A stretch of DNA of 63,010 nucleotides, the filler included, from Folioceros fuciformis (taxonomy: Eukaryota): NCBI GenBank assembly GCA_049999805.1. It is 39 parts of 39 records of this genome, joined end to end, with 100 filler letters (N's around TTAATTAATTAA, not from the genome) between each part and the next. Parts side by side here need not be neighbours in the genome. Positions count along the whole stretch, not along the records: positions 1 to 1,954 come from JBNGIO010002455.1; positions 2,055 to 3,893 come from JBNGIO010002456.1; positions 3,994 to 5,805 come from JBNGIO010002457.1; positions 5,906 to 9,309 come from JBNGIO010002458.1; positions 9,410 to 11,035 come from JBNGIO010002459.1; positions 11,136 to 12,857 come from JBNGIO010002460.1; 33 more parts are not named here. One strand, given 5' to 3'. A model generated the notes under the pieces. It was given only the letters and a program-made list of their open reading frames with translations, was not told where the DNA came from and did not search any database. Position numbers and translations under genes: made by a program. Positions within the stretch are counted from its first letter, which is position 1. Each line of letters begins with the position of its first letter. Shown here in pieces: positions 1 through 12,112 of the stretch.

Positions 1-1040
1 TGCTTACACAGTCTTCCCCCACAGCCAGATTCTCCTAAATGACGCTTCTGGCCACCTTGAAACCCCGGAAGGGGTTCGACCTGGGTCTTCTCAGACTTGG
101 CCTTCCAATCTTTTGGACCTGAGCGGAGCGGACACTCAAGCTTGAGACGATTAAATAGGCCACAGATTTCACACCTTAAAGGAAGACCTAGGTAGTCGAA
201 GAGCTGGGTATAACTCTTTGAGGGATCAGCCGGATCTCGAACCACCACCCTAGCGGGTAAGGTAGTGAGATCGTCCACCCTTACACCGAATCAAGGAGGT
301 TTTCTTCTGTCGAAAAAACGGGAGTTCACCCGTGGGACCTCAACCCCCCACTCAATGGTTTCCAGCATCCTGTCAATCAATGAAATGAGTTGTACCGGTA
401 GGGCAGGCAATCGCACGCAGATAAAATGCTTCTTGATCTGGGAATGCATGATTGTGCTTCTTGGAGACCACGCCTCGACCATCACCGGGGTTGAGTCTCT
501 GAAGGGCCGTGTTGTTTGTAGAAGCGCAAGAGCTCCAGCTACTTCATCACACTTGACCTGAAAGGAGCCGTCTTCTTTCAGGAAGACGTAAGCGCGGGGT
601 ACCCCGTGACTTTGGTTACCCACTCCTCAAGCTCGCCTACCGAGGGCGGCCCTCCGGCAGATAGCCTCCCCACCACCGAGCTACCCGACAGCCTAAACTC
701 TTCCTGTTGGAAGAAACGTTCCTCGGTCAAGAGGTCTGCCAGAGGGCCGAGGTAGATGTCGATGACCCCCTTCGTCGGGGCGGAGGCAGGATCTATACTT
801 GTGTCCTCGTTTGACCTTTCACGAGCGGTTTCCTTCCCAAGACTCCGTACCTGATCCTCCTTCTCAGGTACTGCTCCCTTGCTCCTAAGCTCATCCGGAT
901 TAGTTCCTTGCGCACCCTTGTTAGACTTCTGTCCGTTCTGCCCATCTGCACCCATACCGGCCACTTGGGCCCATGTGTGGACTGTCAAGCCCCCCCATGG
1001 GGGGGCCAATGCTTCCACCAGGCCGCCACGCCGTCAATTT
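1..1040 (-). mobile_element. Degenerate L1-type LINE ORF1 (DUF4283 + zf-CCHC_4)
   Basis: Minus-strand segments SVVGRLSAGGPPSVGELEEW, VMVEAWSP and FICVRLPALP, then FDYLGLPLRCEICGLFNRLKLECP (about 130-200; knuckle His replaced by Arg). Frameshift near 600 and stop at 291. Confidence 0.7.
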
Positions 1041-1429
1041 TTTTGATGTTTTTAACATCTTCTAATTATTTTGTGCCTCTTTGTAAGATCTCAACAATGT
1101 TTTCATCGAGTCTCGAGAGATAAATTCTACTTTAATGTGAATGTCATTAATTGAAGTCAATGGATACTAAGGATTAACAAGGATGAATATATTTGGAGCT
1201 TCCACTTCAAGGTAATTTGAGCGTGTTATGCTTTTGGTAATTAGCCATGTTTTATGAAAGTTAGGATAGCCTTCCCCATCGCGATGACTCATCTTCTATT
1301 TGTAGATCTACCTTGAGATCTTTAAAGCCTTCCACTCAATGTTGATGCCTATTTAGCATAATTGTTCGCTATCGCATATAAATAGGCACAATTGTTCGCT
1401 ATCGCATATGTTGCTTTACTAACTTCTTG

Positions 1430-1600
1430 CAGCATTTGAGGATTTGTCAATGCAACTATATAACGAGCCCTCCTTTGAAGTCCACTTCCAAAGATTAAAA
1501 CCATGAACTAATTTTCTCTAAATCATGTTGACTCTTGTAATATTTAGGAGCCTACATGCTCAACCTCATCTTCGTTGCAGACTTCTTTGCATCACTGCTC
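1430..1600 (-). mobile_element. Possible decayed Ty3/gypsy gag fragment
   Basis: MRLSM*APKYYKSQHDLEKISSWF*SLEVDF resembles the P..Y.G..D...L..W...E..F start of retrotransposon gag. It contains in-frame stops. Confidence 0.35.
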
Positions 1601-1954
1601 TTAGGTTCAAGCTCCACCTTTACTTGATCATCATATGTGAACGCTCCATTAATCGTTTGATCCATAACATCTAAGCGCAAAATTTTTTTTGTAGCTATTT
1701 TTGGATCACGGTTTTGGTTGACTGCTTTAAAGCTCTTTTCTTTGTTGGTATCATTGTGGAGTCGGAGGCCGTACATGATACAGTTATTGTGATAGCTCCT
1801 ATTTGGGGCCCAATGGCTTTTTCATCCTTCTCCGACGTCTCAACTCCACGTATTCGTCACCAAATTCTAGTTCATGATGTCCCTGTCAGCTTATCAATGG
1901 AGGAATCCAAGGAAGAAGTTCTCGAAGACAATTACATCACCTTTGAGGATGAGC

Positions 1955-2054
1955 NNNNNNNNNNNNNNNNNNNNNNNNNNNNNNNNNNNNNNNNNNNNTT
2001 AATTAATTAANNNNNNNNNNNNNNNNNNNNNNNNNNNNNNNNNNNNNNNNNNNN
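1955..2054. other. Artificial contig-joining linker (first of 38 identical ones)
   Basis: N44-TTAATTAATTAA-N44, which has stops in all six frames. It recurs identically between blocks of unrelated composition. Confidence 0.97.
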
Positions 2055-3616
2055 TCTCTGCTTCACCAGAGCACGGCACTTACAGGCACGTTCTCGAGGG
2101 AGGCCCATCCCTCCTGCCAGCGCTTTCGGAGTGGGAGTCGGAACCGGAGGCGGAGACACGATCCGTGACAAGTCCACTCACGCCACCAGCGCTCAAACGC
2201 GCTCTCCAAATTCCGCCATCGCCGCTAGCTCGCAGGAACAAATTCCTCCATTCTCACCTGGATCCACCACGAGCACGCGGCGTGGAGAAAAGAAGAGGCA
2301 AAAATAGAAGACCTTCCTCCACTCCCGGAATTCTGCGCAACGCAACGCAGCGCAGCCCCGCTCCGGCCCGCCGAGCCCCCGGAATTCCTCAAACCGGCGT
2401 GAAAGAACAAAGAGCGGAGCAGAGCAGACGCAACGAGGAAGCAGACGCAAGTGCGGGCATTGGCGATGGCGCAGGCGGAGAAGGCAGCGCAATCGTGAGC
2501 AGAGAAATGTGAGGCCCGTCGGTGATCGGGAGCGGGCGTGGGGAAGGACCTGGTCCCGGCCCGGCTGGTTCCAGGCAGGCTGGCCTTCCCCAGGGCCACC
2601 CTCCATGCCCGTGCAATCCTGCGGCAAGCCCGTGCCCGATTCGACTACCTTGGCCATCCTCCATTACAGGGCGGCGAAAACGGCGCAACAAGAATCGCCT
2701 CGTCTTGCCAAATGCGACCGCGGATGGTGTACGGCAAGGTACATGTGGACGTACTTGGACCTTGGGCCACTTGGGTCACGGTTTTTGTCAGTGCCCAGTT
2801 CCTCCTCCACAAGACCCGACCTGGCGTCACTGTCCCGTGCCCCTGTCAGCACCACACCGCCCCCCCCATGGCTCCCAAATTTACCCCACCCTTCCCACTC
2901 CATCTGCTCTCTACTTCACATACCTCACATCTTCTCTCTACCGGTACCGCGCGCCGCGCGCTCGCTGTCGGTCACTCAAACCGCTCTGGTAACGCCAACG
3001 CACGGTTGTTCAATGAGCGCACGGTAAGGCATGCCCATGGGCGCCAAAAACAACATCACACGTGCCATGCATTCATCGGAGCGTGAAACGCAGGCGATAT
3101 GTTCTCTTGTACAATACAATGCAGTACACATCGTACAGTAGCCGTAACTGGCATTTCCAATTTGGGGAATAGCTCTGCAGTGTGGTTGAACATGGACTTG
3201 CCTCTAACTCGGGTTACCTCCAGTTGGGTGAGTTTCTTTCTCAGTATTTTTATTTTTATTTTTATTTTTATTTTAACATTGCTCCTCTGTACCTGGAGTC
3301 TGGTCTCCAGATGGTGCAGAGCACGGAAGGGAGGAAAAGCTGGAGGATGAAGAGTGGAGCTTGTGGCGGGAAGGATAAAACAACATTTTATCTTGCGAGC
3401 CGATGGTAGTCGTGGAAGGCATGCCGATGCAGCATCAAGTGCCTGTGAAAGGTCCTGAAGACGAGAGAAGAGAAAGGAGTGTGAGAAGTTGCGATCGAAG
3501 TTTCGGATGGATGGTGTACTTGTTGGCTGAGAGGGAAGTGGCATTGGCTGTTGAGCATACACGGAGCGGGATGTTGATTTGGGAGAGTGGAGGACAGGAG
3601 GCAGCAGCAGTGGAGG

Positions 3617-3893
3617 ATGGGGGCGGCAGGAGAAGATTCTGGTTGTGAGTGCTACGGGGTTCATCGGGAAGCATCTGAGAAGGCCCGGCTGCTGGGGTCC
3701 TTTGAAGCGGCGGGCGTCACTCTGCTCGATGCAATGCTCGGATTGTTTCTGCGGCGTGACAGTTTGGAGTGGAAATGGTGGTTTTGGGTTTGATGGGAAG
3801 TGGGTTTGGGTGGAATGGGACAGGGGAGTTTGGAGGATCGCGGCAGCCTGGTCCAGGCGCTGAAGCAGGTGGATGTGGTGATCTCGACTGTGG
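3617..3893 (+). pseudogene. Isoflavone-reductase/PCBER-like (NmrA family) gene, disrupted, 3' truncated by gap
   Basis: EKILVVSATGFIGKH (one frame), EKARLLGSFEAAGVTLLD (another frame), intron 3731-3823, then GSLEDRGSLVQALKQVDVVISTV. Extra G after the ATG, an internal deletion and a GC splice donor. Confidence 0.8.
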
Positions 3894-6800
3894 NNNNNNN
3901 NNNNNNNNNNNNNNNNNNNNNNNNNNNNNNNNNNNNNTTAATTAATTAANNNNNNNNNNNNNNNNNNNNNNNNNNNNNNNNNNNNNNNNNNNNCTCTTAG
4001 ATATATATAGAATGGTACTTTTATTATTGATAACTTATTGCATGAATAATAGAAAATATTTTTTAGATAAAAATACAAACTTTTTATATTATATAAATTA
4101 ATAAGTACTATTTCCTAAATTGAAATATATATTTTTGATGTCTTACAAATATTTGATTTACACTTATTTTTTCAAATAAGAAGTTTCAATTGGGATGCTT
4201 AACTTTGGGTAAACATAAACATCACAATTTTCTTTCCTATCTTAGAAGTTTTGAGTCCCCTACATAGTTCTTAGCAAGGTAAGGTTTCTTCATTTTTTCT
4301 TCAATAATTTTTATTTATTTATTAAAATTTAGATTAATTTTTATTATTTAATATGAGATAGATAAAACATATTTTGTTCCATAAATCCATAGATAAAATA
4401 CCTTCTTTAATTATGAGAAAGGAAAGGAAATCCCAAAATATACCATGAGGTCATAAAACTTGACAAATCAAATATTAGTCAAGAAACGATAGTTTGTAGA
4501 TGATACTGGAGTATTACCATGTAGATTATATAACGAGAAAATTAGACTTTATAAGGAAAAAAAATGGAACAAATCAATTACTCCAAGACAAAAGAACAAT
4601 TTTATGAGGGATGGTGTAGATAATTGGATATTTATTTTGTAGTTTAATACACATATTTTAAAACTAATTGAATATAGCCCTACAAATATTGATACTCCTT
4701 AAATTTCAAAGCTCAAACCCCTCTATTCCATAGCATACTTTGGTGATACATCTTAAAATTTTGAATTTCCATTATAGAATAATTTTACACATCCATAGTG
4801 GATAAAAATTATGGAAAGCCTTTATGGAGGACAGAGGCAAAAACTCCGTGACTCGTATTTTGTATGGAGCTAGTCAAAAGTATAGACTGGTGAAATCTTA
4901 CCGTAATTGCTTGTCAGACAATCATATGAGCAAACCCTTATTAGTCACAACGTACTTCTGTGCTTAACAAATAGCTTGCTCAATAGAAAGGTACCTATGT
5001 ACATAGAATGAGGAAACCTGTGTACTATTGTTTAGGCTTAGGACAACTTTCTTTGGCAACTGTATTGCTAACAATAAGCCCCAGGGGTATGAAGTTGGTT
5101 GGAGTCAAGTTGTGGAGACTGGAATGTAGCACCAACCAATGCCAAAAGGTGGTCAAGATGCAAGTTGACTTCATCAGGAGATATGTTAGCAAAGTTTTAG
5201 GGCTAGAACACTCGCTATCATAGCTGGGATCTGCTATAGTAATCCAGACCCTCAACAAGCCTATGCTATCTAGAGACGACTTGTACAACACAAACAACAC
5301 ACTGCAACCACTAATATTTACATTGGCTTCAGTTGGGAATACTTTCAAATTGGCCAATAATCTTGTATGGCAAGCAAAATCACCAAGATGGGTAGCATAT
5401 CCTCTAAAAGTAGAGGCCTTCCAACAAGCTATGAGATTTAAAGACACGCTCTAACACATACAACAACTCCCCAAGGTTGTAGGCTCTTCTATTAGTAGCT
5501 CAAATGCCCAAATGAGCATGAAAAAGTTATATCGTTGCTTATTTATCTTAGCCAATTGGTTGGCGAGGAGACGACCACCATTTAATCTCTTAGCTGGATT
5601 ACACACAAGGAAGGACATTGAAAGAGCCTATCATAGAATATCATGTGGAATCTGTGTAGGAGGAGCCTTTTGTCTTGAGAGGGTGGTCCTTGTTGAGATG
5701 TCACCCCCGCCATGCTCAAAGGAGGTTAAAACAAGTTAGTTGAAGCAAGATGCAGAATCCCAAAACTAAGAGCACTATAACAAGGCTCTTAAACTAAAAT
5801 AAAAANNNNNNNNNNNNNNNNNNNNNNNNNNNNNNNNNNNNNNNNNNNNTTAATTAATTAANNNNNNNNNNNNNNNNNNNNNNNNNNNNNNNNNNNNNNN
5901 NNNNNACGTGATGTACAAAATTTAATACTATTCATATGTATACGTATCTTCTAAATCATTTCATATCTTCTAAATCATTTCATTGTATGGAATAGTTTCC
6001 ATCATTATTTCATAGTTGGTCTAAGGTTTATGATGATCGCAAAATTTACAATTCTACATAATGTCAAAAAATCTCTTTGCTTCTTTTTTTTTTTACTAAT
6101 CTTATATTTGTATTTGTTATGTCAATTTTGTATGTGCATTTGTTATGTCAATTTTAGATGTATATTTGTTTCTTTCAAGTTTTTTACAAAGTGAAGCTAA
6201 TCTGCAATATCTCTCCACCAAAGAGTTCTCCACCAAAGAGTGAAGCTAATATGCAATATCTCTCCACCAAAGCGTATATTTACTAAGAGTTCTACAATAT
6301 TGTAATGTACGGCAAGCAATTCTTTGGCTAAGCATATAGTAATATGATTCATGTCGTTTATTATGTATTGTTATGAAATGCTTTATTAATTATTCTCTAA
6401 CTAAAGAGCTATGGTAGCGTAGGTGTAAATAGTAGTTTTAAGTTAGAGAGCAACTAGTTAAAGGATAAGATAGATAGAGTGAGTGACTACCTTGGTGGTA
6501 ACTAACTATAATTAGACAATTTAGGGTTTTATGTATGCAAATTATGCGATTTTATAGAACCCTCTGGTCAAGTTTGCTATGCATGTAATGTGCCAACATT
6601 GTGTATATTATCATTCCGTTTTTTAATGTAATTATAGTGATGTCGTGAATAGAGAGGATAGGCTCTGAAGTGCATATAAAATATGATCTAACTTTTATTA
6701 CAAAAATGTTGGTGTAGAGAAAGACTATTTTACCATCTTGAAAAGCATGAACACATTGCAATGCAACCAAAATGTTCTACAAATTTTAATTTTCTCACCA

Positions 6801-7397
6801 TCCTATTCTAAGACACTAGATACAGCAAGGGCAAGTTCTTAAGCTTTGCCATCTATTACCAACATGCTACTTCCAAGGTGCACTCTTGTTAAATACCTAG
6901 TTTTGAGGGTGCAAGATGTAATCTCTTTGTCAATCACAATTTGATATTAAGTACTTATATAATAATTTACACCACGAAGGAACACGCTATATAACTACAT
7001 TGCTATAACTATCTCCACTAGCTTTAACATCCAATAGTTCCTCTAGTGTTGTCTTTGAAATCAACATAACCTATAGACTAGTAACTCAACCTTATTGTAT
7101 GCGAATTGATATCAGATTTTAATGTTTTAATGTGAAGAAATTTATAGAGTTGAATTACTACGTCACAACAATAGTGATTACATACCCACAATTTGTTGCT
7201 AGTATGCTAAGCACGGGTCTTAAAGTGTATTCTAATTTAGATCTAGATCTGTCCACAACAAAGGAGCCATCCTTATTAAGGGATAGATTATTATAACTTA
7301 AATAGTATTACACTCCTTTCCAGCCATGCTTATTAAGGGGGATAGATTATGATAAATTAATTAGTATCACACTTCTTTCCATTGTTGATTTAGTCAA

Positions 7398-7617
7398 ACT
7401 CCAATTGATCGAGGTTTATCAATAAATTAATATAGTTGTAACTAAGCACCAAGAAAGGCTTACATACATTTTGCTCTATATATTGCATGTTGCTTGTTCC
7501 TACCCTACTCCAATTGATCGAGGTTTATCAATAAATTAATATAGTTGTAGCTAAGTACCAAGAAAGGCTTATATGCATTTTGCTCTACATATTGCATATT
7601 GCTTGTTCCTACCCTAC
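7398..7617. repeat. 109-bp direct tandem duplication (2 copies)
   Basis: ACTCCAATTGATCGAGGTTTATC... starts at 7398 and 7507. Confidence 0.9.
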
Positions 7618-7719
7618 AAAAGGTTCAAAATGCAACTTGGTGCTCTATTACTACATGAATGGTATTTTTTATTATTGAAAAAGAAATGGAAAGTGCTATC
7701 TACTTCAAAGATCGGACGG

Positions 7720-7943
7720 AGGAACAACTTAAGCAAGGCCAAAAGGTACTAGCCCCTTTGAATATCATACTTAAAAACTACTTACTACTCCCTTTCGATA
7801 TCATACTGAAAAACTGCTTACTCCAAAGATCGAAGGAACAACTTAAGCAAGGCCAAAAGGTACTAGCCCCTTTGAATATCATACTTAAAAACTACTTACT
7901 ACTCCCTTTGGATATCATATTGAAAAACTGCTTACTACTCCCA
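7720..7943. repeat. 114-bp tandem duplication with internal ~36-bp subrepeat
   Basis: AGGAACAACTTAAGCAAGGCC at 7720 and 7834; ATATCATAC/TT.AAAAACT occurs four times. Confidence 0.88.
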
Positions 7944-9448
7944 AAATGTTATGATATGGAATAATAAAAGACCTACCTACCACTGGTGCCGAAGAAGCAG
8001 CTTAACTTGCACTTGTTGTTGTTCTAAACCAAAGAAATGGATATGCATTGTCGAAAAAAGGCCATCACAGCGGAAAGAGGGAGAACACCATTTCTATTAC
8101 TTAGATAAACCTTGATGGACTCCTTAATCTTAAAAAGTCCTTGCCCATAGCCCCATGAATCTCAAGAGCAAGGGGATGAAAGTATGCCCGTCTTGCAGGG
8201 GAGAATGTTTATGGACTTCAGCATTTGCATAACCCTTTGCCACCCAACCAGAGGGTTGATGATAACGTGCTCGTAAATTGAATCCCTAGTAGGACCTATA
8301 ACAACCATATCAACAACACAAACTTGTTTCTCCATAGTGGAAAAAAATTTAATTCTAAGTGAAACCCCTATGCACAAAGTATCGCTACATACTATGGTCT
8401 AATTCTCTAAGTACTACATACTATGGTCTAATTCTCTAAGTAAGAATATGATCCTAAGGAGAGTTCATCCTATCAAGCTACAAACTTAGGTCAGGCGAGT
8501 AAGAAAATGATCCCAAAGAGCGTCGATCCTATCGAGCCACAATCTCTGCTCGGTCAGTCAAAACGTGTGAGCCATAGATTGTGAGCTTTAAAAAATAAAA
8601 AGAAATAAAAATATAACAGTTTCAAATATATTTATATGCAAATGTCGAAGAATTAGAGGAGGGTGATGCTTTGACCAAGCAAGGATGTGCTGCAAGACGT
8701 CGTTGGCGCGCGGCTCCCGAGCCTCCGCTGGTAACGCGCCGCCATAGTAAAGGACAAGCAAAGCTGAGCAGAAGGCCTGTCACCTACCCAAATACGGAAG
8801 GGGAAAGGAAAAAAAAGTAGCGGAGGTAGTTTGGGTCCATTCATTGCATCAAAGGTTCGAGAGTGTGGATTCTGGATCAAAATGCCCGGGCTTTACCTGG
8901 CCTCAGGCTGAAGGCGTCAAGTTAACGACGTTGGGGAGTCTGGAGACGGACTGTCCTCCCTCCTCGGGCTAGGTAGACTGGGAGGACGTGCAGTCTCGGA
9001 ATCCACAGTGCAGCAGCGTGGCTTGCGGCTGCAGGTGCGAGGAAGGGGGCTTCCTGCCGGAAGCCTGCTGGACGACGGCGCACCTTCTGGATTCCGCGAT
9101 TCCCTCTCGGGGTGTTTCATCGATTCATCAGTGAGTGGGCCTTCTTGAAGCTGGATCTGTCCCGTGCTGGCGCGGGGAGACAAGTATGTCGGCGGGCTCG
9201 CGGGTCGGAGTTGTGCTGCTGGATTCGGCTTACTTCACCAGAATCGCTGTGAGGGAAATTTGTATTTCCCCGGCCGCGCCTCGGAGGAGGTGACCTGTCT
9301 GGGCTGGCTNNNNNNNNNNNNNNNNNNNNNNNNNNNNNNNNNNNNNNNNNNNNTTAATTAATTAANNNNNNNNNNNNNNNNNNNNNNNNNNNNNNNNNNN
9401 NNNNNNNNNCCCCCCACAAAGTCGGTACACGGGTTGCTCACAACTCAC

Positions 9449-10334
9449 CTAGCTCTGTTTCCTGCAACTTCACGATCTCTGGGTTCTTCTGCGTGGCTAG
9501 AATTGCACTCTCAATTTTCTGCAGACGGAGGTACAAGGTGAAGGTTGAGGAACTTGCTACCATCAGGGGTAGGGAGAAGCAGGATGCACAGCAACGCAGA
9601 CCTTGACAGCGTTGGAGGAGCTGGTTTCCGGCACAATCCAGGGAAATGCATAGCCGGAATTGTTGGAGGAGGTGGAAACACAGTTGGGATTGATGTCCAG
9701 AGGGCAGGCCTGGATCCTCCTACAGGCCCCAAACCACACGACATCAGCTCCTTGAGCAGCAGCAGAACAGAGCACTCCTCTCTCAAACTGCAGACTCTTC
9801 ATCTGACAGAAACAGCAAAGGGAGGAGAGACTCATCCACGACATTCGTGTCTTCTCTCAGACTTAAAGCTTTCATTTTGGAACGCAAGAGACACGCGCTC
9901 GGTCCAAGCCATCCCGAACCTTGTGTGTTCAGAGCAAGCATGTCGCCAGCCGAGAGATGCAGGAATCCTCACCCATCGCGAAGCCCTAATTGCAGGCCCT
10001 CAGACTGCGAGTACGGCGTGCTGGCCGAGGCCGGAGGAGGCACAGCGGCAGCCATAGCAGGTAAATCGGCCCACAAAGCCGCAGCAGCCACCATCACAGC
10101 ACAAACTCCCCCGAGACTACCTCCCAGGAAGAAGCGACCGCTCCCATCAATACTCCCGGAGCCCCAAAGCGGCAGGGACTGACCCACCGGCCTGCCACGC
10201 GCCCCCGCCTGCTTCAATTGCCGCCTCCCGGGCAGAGACGTGCCGAGATCGAAGCCCAGAATCAACGACGAACCGGGCCTGGGCGGCAGTAGGCGGGCGC
10301 AGCAGGACAGGGGCGTGCACACAGACCTCTCCAT
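9449..10334 (-). CDS. Thylakoid lumenal 17.9 kDa protein (At4g24930-like), 3' part missing
   Basis: Exons 10334-9973, 9719-9602 and 9518-9449 with GT-AG introns give a transit peptide followed by TPYSQSEGLQLGLRDG/RIQACPLDINPNCVSTSSNNSGYAFPWIVPE.../KIESAILATQKNPEIV. Confidence 0.85.
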
Positions 10335-11135
10335 TCCCTGAGAGGAGAGCAGAGAGCAACGGTGCCTGGAGGCTGGACAACGACAGGCAGGCTACAAAGA
10401 CATACAACTGGCCGTACAACAGAGCTCGATCGAAACCCGTAACAGTGATGTCTTACGCAAGACAGGGGCTCGAGGTTCCGTGGCCGGCCAGACACCGCTG
10501 CCGCTATCGGGCCGCACCGACCACCTGGAATGGCTGTCAGAGTGAGAGCGAGTCCCCCACCAACCCCTGGGACGACAGCTCTGTTCCCGCGACAGGATGA
10601 GCCCGGAGAAAGGCGGAGGCGGGCCACGGCTGCTGGGCTTCCCGACACGCAGGCGACGCACCTTGGGAAGACGTGGGATGGCGTGCCGGGAGCAGGAAGC
10701 GGCTGCGAATCTGCCCTAGGATTGCCCACCTGCAGGAAGAGTGGCTGGGGAGGTGGGGGCAGGAGATCGGCGTGCAGCAGCCCCGGTGCCGGGCCGCGGG
10801 GACCAGGGCCTGGATGCGCGTGACGCTGACCGCAACAACGTGCTGCAACATGGCTCCTTACCCGCCTGCCCTGCCCATCTGTGCCCGGGATGTTCCGAAT
10901 TTGGTGATCTCCCTGCACGCATTCCGGAGTCCTACCTTGCCCTACGGGATACAAAGGGCCGGGACTGTTGCTTGCGCTCCTGGGTTCTTCTGATCTGGGC
11001 TGCACTGCCAGATCGAGATTTGGTCTGTCTGAAGTNNNNNNNNNNNNNNNNNNNNNNNNNNNNNNNNNNNNNNNNNNNNTTAATTAATTAANNNNNNNNN
11101 NNNNNNNNNNNNNNNNNNNNNNNNNNNNNNNNNNN

Positions 11136-12112
11136 TGCTTATCGGGGGTTGTCGCTGAACGTGCTGGTGTCGTGGGGACGGGGGTGGGCAGCAGAGGGGC
11201 GGCCAGCGTCTCCGGTGTCGGAGCTGCCAAGGGCAACTGGGGTACCACAGGGGCCGCCAAAATTCCAGGGCCATTGGAGACCCCAGGACCTGCGTTGGCC
11301 CTCACCTTCCAAACGGTCTTCCCGGCGTAGACAGTATCACTCTTGGGCAGAAGAGGATGGAAGCTTGAAATCCATTTCCGAAGGTCCGCCATGAAAGGCC
11401 AAACCATGAAATACTTGATCCCAGTAGGGCCCCTGTTATGGGACGTCTCGTTGCTAGCTGTGGGAAGCTCATCAACTCTGTGCCATGCAATCTCGCTAAT
11501 CTCCTTCCTGGTCTGCGGCTCAAACACCGTATCACTCTTCACCCCTCCAATAATGTACAACCGCAGTCTCTGCCCCGCCATGGTCACCTCCACGAAATCG
11601 TTCAACTGTATGAGCCCCGCTATGTCGAACCCTGTCTCCTCCCACACCTCCCTGGCCGCGCACCTGTGGTCCTCCTCATCCTTGTTCTTCTTGCCTCTAG
11701 GAAAACTCCAACTAGCCCCAGCCTTCCAGCCCTTTACCAGCAGGCACCTCTCGAATGACTCGTCCAGAATGATGGCCCCCGTCACCGGCACTCGAACCTT
11801 GTACGTGGTGAAATCCTTGTAGATGTCGTCGATGTGCGAAATATATGGCCGCAGCGCACCGCAGCTCTGGAACATGAGGCTGGCAAACTCTCGCAGAGTC
11901 AGGGTCTTGAGTCCCGGGTTCTGGTCCACCGTGTTGTCTTCGTAGAACCAGTGCGCCTGCTCCACCAGAAAGAAGATCCTCTCAAACGCTTGCAACTCCT
12001 CCTCCGGTGCATTCAACACAAACCTGCTGCACAAGTCATCCAGCAGCTCCTGCGATGGCAGGTTGCGGCCTGTTGTCGCAGCGCTAGCCCTTCCAACCCC
12101 GGCTCCCGCCAT
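11136..12112 (-). CDS. DCP2: mRNA decapping enzyme DCP2 (Box A + Nudix), no intron in visible part, 3' truncated
   Basis: LDDLCSRFVLN, FFLVEQAHWFYED, Nudix box GKKNKDEEDHRCAAREVWEETG, FEPQTRKEISEIAWH. An alternative in-frame ATG lies slightly upstream (MPVTANAK). Confidence 0.95.

Noticed and set aside
2055-3600. Many overlapping 100-200 aa ORFs in GC-rich contigs (also 16147-17397, 24061-25389, 33613-34983, 41504-42830, 57535-58771)
   Set aside because: Low-complexity shadow ORFs from high GC and microsatellites, with no recognisable domains.
5025-5447. ORF with ASTFRGYATHLGDF as a DIRS/tyrosine-recombinase N-terminus
   Set aside because: Only a short resemblance; no catalytic R-H-R-Y motifs found in any frame I read.
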